Origin: Rhodospirillales bacterium
GTDB lineage: Bacteria > Pseudomonadota > Alphaproteobacteria > CACIAM-22H2
Direction: 5' to 3'
Assembly (NCBI GenBank): GCA_947445225.1
Contig: CANFCX010000002.1
Location: forward strand, 26,119-90,118
DNA length: 64,000 bases
In this document: positions 58,810-64,000 of the stretch, piece after piece
Layout: each line of letters opens with the position of its first letter
Numbering within the stretch: the first letter of the stretch is position 1
Program-made: the position numbers and the translations under genes
Notes under the pieces: model-generated
The model's input: the letters and a program-made list of their open reading frames with translations, nothing else
Database searches by the model: none
What the model was told of the DNA's origin: nothing

Positions 58810-59945
58810 CCGCGCCGACCGCAGCGGCCCGAAGCGGGAGGGAACCGCTTCGGGTTTTATTTTTTCTGCCCGACCTCGATCTGGGTGGCGCGCAACGGAC
58901 GGTCGTCAACTTGGTCAACAATCTGCCGCGAGCCGGTGTCGTGCCGATGCTGGCCGTGGCGCGGGCCGATGGACCAGCTCGCGAGTGGCTTGCGAAAGAT
59001 ATCAGCTTCGTCGATTTAGCCGCGGGCCGGTTGCGTGGCGCGGCCCTACCCCTCAGGCGTTTGATCACCGCGACTCGTCCAGACCTTGTTTTCGCGACCA
59101 TCGCACACGCCAATGTCGTCGCGACGTTGGCGACACTCGGGCTTTCACACCGGCCGGCTATCGTGTTGCGCGAGACCAACAGCCATCGCCATCGTCCCGA
59201 TCTGTCTTGGGCCAGCCGCGTGGCGATCGCCTGGGCCTATCGCCGCGCCGATGCCGTGGTGGCGCTTTCGAGCGGAGTCGGCCGCGAATTGACGGAATCC
59301 TACGGTCTCGATCCGAGGCGGGTCGTCACCATTCACAATCCGGTCGAGGTCGAACACATCGCCGCGAACGCGCGCACCGCCATTCGGCCATGGACAGCCG
59401 ACGCACCCGTGGTGATCGGGCTCGGGCGATTGGTCGCGCAGAAGGGTTTCGATCTTCTTCTCCGTGCTTTCGCGGCGGCGGCGCCGGACAATGCTCGGCT
59501 GGTCATCATCGGCGACGGCCCCGACCGCGGCGCCCTTCAACACCTTGCCGGCGAACTCCGCATCGAAGGCCGCGTCGGGATACGGACCAGCGTCGAGAAC
59601 ATCGCTCCCTGGCTGACCCACGCCGCCATGTTCGTCTTGTCGTCGCGTTGGGAGGGTTTCGGTCATGTCATCGTCGAGGCCATGGCCTGCGGCACTCCCG
59701 TGATCGCCGCGGATTGCCCATACGGTCCCGCCGACATCGTCCGCCATGATCGGGACGGGTTGCTGGTTCCGGCAACCCTCGGTGGACTGACCGACGGCAT
59801 GAAAAAGCTATTCGGCGATCCTGCCTTGGCCAGGCGCCTGGGGGCGGCGGCGGTCGAGTCTTCGCGCCGCTTCTCCGCCGACCGTATCGCCGCCCGTTAT
59901 GCGGACCTGTTCCATCGCCTTTGTGCCGCGAAGGAAGCCGCGTGA
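58806..59945 (+). CDS. Glycosyltransferase family 4
   Basis: LGGAQR, IHNPV, GRLVAQKGFD, SRWEGFGHVIVEAMACG. Start uncertain. Confidence 0.9.
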   Translation: MTAPTAAARSGREPLRVLFFLPDLDLGGAQRTVVNLVNNLPRAGVVPMLAVARADGPAREWLAKDISFVDLAAGRLRGAALPLRRLITATRPDLVFATIAHANVVATLATLGLSHRPAIVLRETNSHRHRPDLSWASRVAIAWAYRRADAVVALSSGVGRELTESYGLDPRRVVTIHNPVEVEHIAANARTAIRPWTADAPVVIGLGRLVAQKGFDLLLRAFAAAAPDNARLVIIGDGPDRGALQHLAGELRIEGRVGIRTSVENIAPWLTHAAMFVLSSRWEGFGHVIVEAMACGTPVIAADCPYGPADIVRHDRDGLLVPATLGGLTDGMKKLFGDPALARRLGAAAVESSRRFSADRIAARYADLFHRLCAAKEAA

Positions 59946-61042
59946 GCACCGACCGTCGTATCCTGCATGTCATCACCGACCTCGATGTCGGCGGCGCCGA
60001 GAACATGCTGGCGACACTTCTTGAGGCAAGGCGGCCGAACGCACCCAAGGCTTCCGTGGTCAGCCTGACACCCGCCGGTCCCCTCGCCGAACGTATCGCC
60101 CACGCGGGTGTACCCGTCGCGGATCTGGGAATTGCCGGCGCGGGAGCGATTCTCCCCGGACTTTGGAGGCTCGCCGCCCATATTCGCTCGTGGAAGCCGC
60201 ACGCCATTCAAGGCTGGATGTATCACGGCAATCTCGCGGCGACCGTCGCCCTCGGTCTTTCCGGGCGACGCCGCGGGACCGGGCTCTACTGGGGCATTCG
60301 TTGCTCCGACATGGATCTCAGCCGATATGACCGGCAGTTGCGGTTGATCGTGCGGGCCGGAGCCCGCCTCTCCCACTTGCCCGACGCCATCGTTGCGAAT
60401 TCAGAGGCCGGCCGGACGACACATGAACGACTGGGCTACCAGGCACAGCGGTTTGACGTGATCGACAACGGCATCGACACCGAACGATTTCGCCCGGACC
60501 CCAGGGCACGGGCAGAGTTGCGGTCGTCTCTCGGCCTCGCCGAGGGAATGCCCGTGCTGATCCATGTTGCTCGCCGCGACCCGATGAAGGATCACGAAAC
60601 GATGCTCGCGAGTTTGGCCCAGTTGCCCGGGACCGCATTGCTGGTCGTCGGTTTGGGCACGGAGACGCTCCCCGAACGTGCCGGGCTTCATCGACTCGGG
60701 CGACGCGACGACGTCGCGCGCGTGTTGGCCGCCTCGGACCTGGTGGTTTCGTCCTCGGCTTTCGGCGAAGGTTTTCCGAGCGCGATCGCGGAGGGCATGG
60801 CCGCTGGGTTGCCGGCGGTCGCCACGGACGTCGGTGATTCCGCGCGCATCATTGGCGGGACCGGCCGAGTCGTGCCACCATCCGATCCGGTGGCGATGAG
60901 TGCCGCCATCGCCGGGCTCCTGAAGGAGGGACCGGAATCATTGGCCAAACGCGGCATCGCCGCTCGCCGACGGATCGAAGAGAATTTTTCCGTGGCCCGC
61001 GCCGCCGCCGCCTTCGACGCGCTCCACCTGGGTTTGACCTAA
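59942..61042 (+). CDS. Glycosyltransferase family 4
   Basis: VGGAE, WMYHG, IDNGID, EGFPSAIAEGMAAG, TDVGD. Confidence 0.9.
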   Translation: MSTDRRILHVITDLDVGGAENMLATLLEARRPNAPKASVVSLTPAGPLAERIAHAGVPVADLGIAGAGAILPGLWRLAAHIRSWKPHAIQGWMYHGNLAATVALGLSGRRRGTGLYWGIRCSDMDLSRYDRQLRLIVRAGARLSHLPDAIVANSEAGRTTHERLGYQAQRFDVIDNGIDTERFRPDPRARAELRSSLGLAEGMPVLIHVARRDPMKDHETMLASLAQLPGTALLVVGLGTETLPERAGLHRLGRRDDVARVLAASDLVVSSSAFGEGFPSAIAEGMAAGLPAVATDVGDSARIIGGTGRVVPPSDPVAMSAAIAGLLKEGPESLAKRGIAARRRIEENFSVARAAAAFDALHLGLT

Positions 61043-61044
61043 CC

Positions 61045-62949
61045 ATGTGCGGCATCGCCGGACTCGTCGATCTCGGCGGCATCAACCGGGCCATTGTGGC
61101 GCCGCGCTTGTCGGCGGCACTGGATCGCCTGAAGCGACGCGGCCCGGACGGCGAAGGAACCTGGTTCGACGAGCGTGCCGCTTTCGGCCATCGCCGGCTG
61201 GCCATTATCGACCTTACTCAAGCAGCGGCCCAACCGATGGCCGCCCATGGTTTCGTCGTCACCTATAATGGCGAAGTCTATAATTTCTCCGCGCTGCGCG
61301 AGGAGCTTGCGGCGCGCGGCCATCGCTTTCAGACCCAATCCGACACCGAAATCCTGCTTGCGGGTTGGCGCGAATGGGGCGAAGGCCTTCTCGACCGGAT
61401 TTCCGCCATGTTCGCCTTCGCCCTGTGGGATCCGGAAAAGGGCGAGTTGATCCTGGCGCGCGACCGCTTCGGCAAGAAGCCTCTATTGTTTCACCACGAC
61501 GGCAGGCGGCTGGCCTTTGCCTCCGATCTGATCGCCCTCGAAAAACTCGCGGGTGCCCAATTCCCCATCGATCCGGAGGCGTTGCGCCTCTATTTCGCCT
61601 TGCGCTTCGTCCCCGAGTCTCGATCGATCGCGGCCGGGGTTACCAAGCTTCCGCCGGGGCATCTTGTCCGATTCTCCGCGACCGGGATGAGCATTACGCG
61701 ATGGTATCGGCCGGAGAGAACCGCCGCGCCTGTCTTTGCCACGGAAGACGAAGCCGGGTCCGCGTTGAGGCGCCATTTGAAGACCGCGGTTGCGGATCGT
61801 TTGGTGGCCGATGTTCCGGTCGGCGCGTTTCTTTCCGGGGGCATCGATTCGTCCATCATCGCCGCGCTGATGGCCGAACGGGGTGGCACGGTGCGTACCT
61901 TTACCGTGGGTTTCGCCGACGCTCCCGAATATTACGAAGAAAGACCCGCGGCACAGGTGGTCGCCAACCATCTCGGCACCAAACACACCGAAATCGCGGT
62001 TTCGGCGAACGACGCATTGGCGGCTCTGCCGGAGGTGTTCGCCGGGCTCGATGAACCCTTTGCCGACAGCTCGGCGGTGCCGACCTATCTCGTTTCGCGA
62101 GCGACTCGCCAGCATGTGACGGTTGCCCTGTCGGGCGATGGCGCCGATGAAGTGTTTGGTGGCTATCGCCGTTATCAGGGCGAGTTGTATGCGGAGAGGT
62201 ATCGCCGCCTGCCGCGTTGGCTGCGAAAAAATGTCATCGAAACCCTGGTCGGCCTTCTGCCCGAGAGCAAGGACAATCCGGTGCTGGAGGCGAGCCGGCG
62301 GATCAAGCGTTTTGCCGCCCATGCCGGAAAGACCGCGACCGAGCGGCAGGCGGGCTGGGCGCGATCGCTGAACGAAGACGAACTCGACGCGTTGCTGGTC
62401 TCACCGGCGCCGACGGCGCCGACCGTGGAGGCGCTGGTCGGACAACTCCGCGAAGGCCAATCCGGAAGCGACCCGATCAATGTCATGCTGGGCACGGAAA
62501 TCGCGTTCGGCCTGCCCGGCGACATGCTGGTGAAGGTTGACCGCATGAGCATGGCCAACGGACTCGAAGTCAGATGCCCGTATTTGGATCACCACGTCAT
62601 CGAATGCGCCGCGGCGATGCCCGGCGGCTTCAAGCTGGCACCCGGCCTCGGCAAACGCATCCTTCGCCGTGCCTTCGCGGACGTTCTTCCGGCATCGGTC
62701 TTCGCGCGCCCCAAGAAAGGCTTCGAGTTGCCGGTCGCCGCGTGGTTGACCGGCGATCTGGCGGACGGCTTGCGGCGCGCCATCGATCCGGCGCGGCTCA
62801 AGCGCCAGGGTTTGTTTAGGCCGGAACCACCACAGCGCTGGCTGGCCGACCTAAAATCCGGCCGCCGCGATACGGCCTGGACCTTGTGGACACTGCTCGC
62901 CTTTCAGTCCTGGGCCGAGGCGCATGGCCGGCCGGAGGCGCACGCGTGA
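61045..62949 (+). CDS. Asparagine synthase-like amidotransferase (glutamine-hydrolysing), second copy
   Basis: MCGIAG, RGPD, HRRLAIID, FLSGGIDSS, GDGADEVFGGY, KVDRMSM. Confidence 0.92.
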   Translation: MCGIAGLVDLGGINRAIVAPRLSAALDRLKRRGPDGEGTWFDERAAFGHRRLAIIDLTQAAAQPMAAHGFVVTYNGEVYNFSALREELAARGHRFQTQSDTEILLAGWREWGEGLLDRISAMFAFALWDPEKGELILARDRFGKKPLLFHHDGRRLAFASDLIALEKLAGAQFPIDPEALRLYFALRFVPESRSIAAGVTKLPPGHLVRFSATGMSITRWYRPERTAAPVFATEDEAGSALRRHLKTAVADRLVADVPVGAFLSGGIDSSIIAALMAERGGTVRTFTVGFADAPEYYEERPAAQVVANHLGTKHTEIAVSANDALAALPEVFAGLDEPFADSSAVPTYLVSRATRQHVTVALSGDGADEVFGGYRRYQGELYAERYRRLPRWLRKNVIETLVGLLPESKDNPVLEASRRIKRFAAHAGKTATERQAGWARSLNEDELDALLVSPAPTAPTVEALVGQLREGQSGSDPINVMLGTEIAFGLPGDMLVKVDRMSMANGLEVRCPYLDHHVIECAAAMPGGFKLAPGLGKRILRRAFADVLPASVFARPKKGFELPVAAWLTGDLADGLRRAIDPARLKRQGLFRPEPPQRWLADLKSGRRDTAWTLWTLLAFQSWAEAHGRPEAHA

Positions 62950-64000
62950 AAATCTGCCAGCTCTGCGCCGTCGATTTCACGTTGCACACCTTTCTCTTGC
63001 CGCTGATGCGCGGCATGCGGGAGGCGGGGCATGAGGTCGTCGGCGTTTGTGCCGACGGACCACTTCTGGCGGGCGTGCGGGCGCAAGGATTCACCGTCGA
63101 GACCGTTCCTTTCGTCCGCGGCTACAAACCCTTGGCCCATCTCCGCGCCTTCCGCGCCTTGGTGCGGATATTTCGCCGCGAAAACTTCGACCTTGTTCAT
63201 ACCCATACACCGATCGGTGCCTTGATCGGCCGTCTGGCCGCCGCCTGGGCCGGCGTGCCGCGAATCGTTTATACCGCCCATGGCTTCTACTTCCACGACC
63301 GCATGCCTCTGTGGAAGCGGGCCTTGTTCATGGCGCTTGAATTCGTTCCGGGCCGCTTCACCGACATTCTGTTCACGCAGTCGGCGGAGGACGCGGCCAC
63401 CGCCCGACAATTCCGCCTGTGCCGCGGTGGGATCGTCGAGGCGATCGGCAATGGCGCCGATCCCGCGCGGTTCCACCCGGTGGCCGATGGCGATCGCGAG
63501 CGTAACGCTCTGCGCCGGCAGCTCGACACGCCTGACGAGGCCGTGGTCATCGTCACCGTGGGAAGGCTGGTCGCCGAAAAGGGTTATCCCGAACTTTTCA
63601 CGGCGATGCGCGAGGTGAACGCGATTTTATGGGCGGTCGGCGAAAGGTTGCCGAGCGACCATGCGGCAGGCATCGAGGCGGCGATCGAGACGGCGCAATC
63701 CGATCCCAATCGCCGGGTTCGCCTGCTTGGCTACCGCCCGGACATTCCCCATTTGCTGAGGGCCGCCGACATCTTCGTGCTGGCATCCCATCGCGAGGGC
63801 ATGCCCCGTTCGATCATCGAGGCCATGTTTACCGGCTTGCCCGTCGTGGCCACCGATATTCGCGGCTGCCGCGAAGAGGTTGCCGCGGAGTCGACCGGAA
63901 TTCTGGTGCCGGTCGAAGACCGGCCCGCGTTGGCGGCAGCCCTGAACCGGCTTGTCGTGGACCGGAGCCTGCGGGCGCGCATGGGTGCGGCCGGACGAGA
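62946..64000 (+). CDS. Glycosyltransferase family 4 (truncated by right edge)
   Basis: Translated by hand from GTG 62946: MKICQLCAVDF..., HTHTP, YTAHGF, GRLVAEKG, SHREGMPRSIIEAM. Absent from the ORF track because there is no stop in the window. Confidence 0.88.
   Translation, partial: MKICQLCAVDFTLHTFLLPLMRGMREAGHEVVGVCADGPLLAGVRAQGFTVETVPFVRGYKPLAHLRAFRALVRIFRRENFDLVHTHTPIGALIGRLAAAWAGVPRIVYTAHGFYFHDRMPLWKRALFMALEFVPGRFTDILFTQSAEDAATARQFRLCRGGIVEAIGNGADPARFHPVADGDRERNALRRQLDTPDEAVVIVTVGRLVAEKGYPELFTAMREVNAILWAVGERLPSDHAAGIEAAIETAQSDPNRRVRLLGYRPDIPHLLRAADIFVLASHREGMPRSIIEAMFTGLPVVATDIRGCREEVAAESTGILVPVEDRPALAAALNRLVVDRSLRARMGAAGR

Overview
GC-rich alphaproteobacterial (Rhodospirillales-like) chromosomal window in two parts. 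Positions 1-23.8 kb are mostly housekeeping: an RpoH-type sigma, thermonuclease, pip, PagL-like barrel, dual cold-shock protein, ECF sigma/anti-sigma, dapF-mtaB-ftsY, ffh-rpsP-rimM-trmD-rplS-leuCDB, asd and rpe. This part also holds a 29-aa Lys/Ala-rich histone-H1-like microprotein missing from the ORF track. From 23.9 kb to the window end runs a >40 kb, all plus-strand, translationally coupled surface-glycan cluster. It is headed by a MarR-type regulator (two GTTCA-N5-TGAAC palindromes over its promoter) and an RfaH-like antiterminator (ops-like site downstream). The cluster encodes two NeuB-family synthases, three cytidylyltransferase domains, PseB, a WbuXYZ-like amidotransferase trio, three AsnB-like proteins and many tailoring enzymes. 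Best candidate for an undescribed system: a NeuA / GT2-NeuA / Gfo-Idh-MocA / DAHP-synthase-like / shikimate-dehydrogenase-like module whose 'shikimate' enzymes have altered active-site motifs (AGPC->AGPN, KPRT->KPLT), suggesting repurposing for a new CMP-ulosonic acid. All calls rest on motif recognition by eye; no searches were run. No rRNA, tRNA, CRISPR array or mobile element was recognised.
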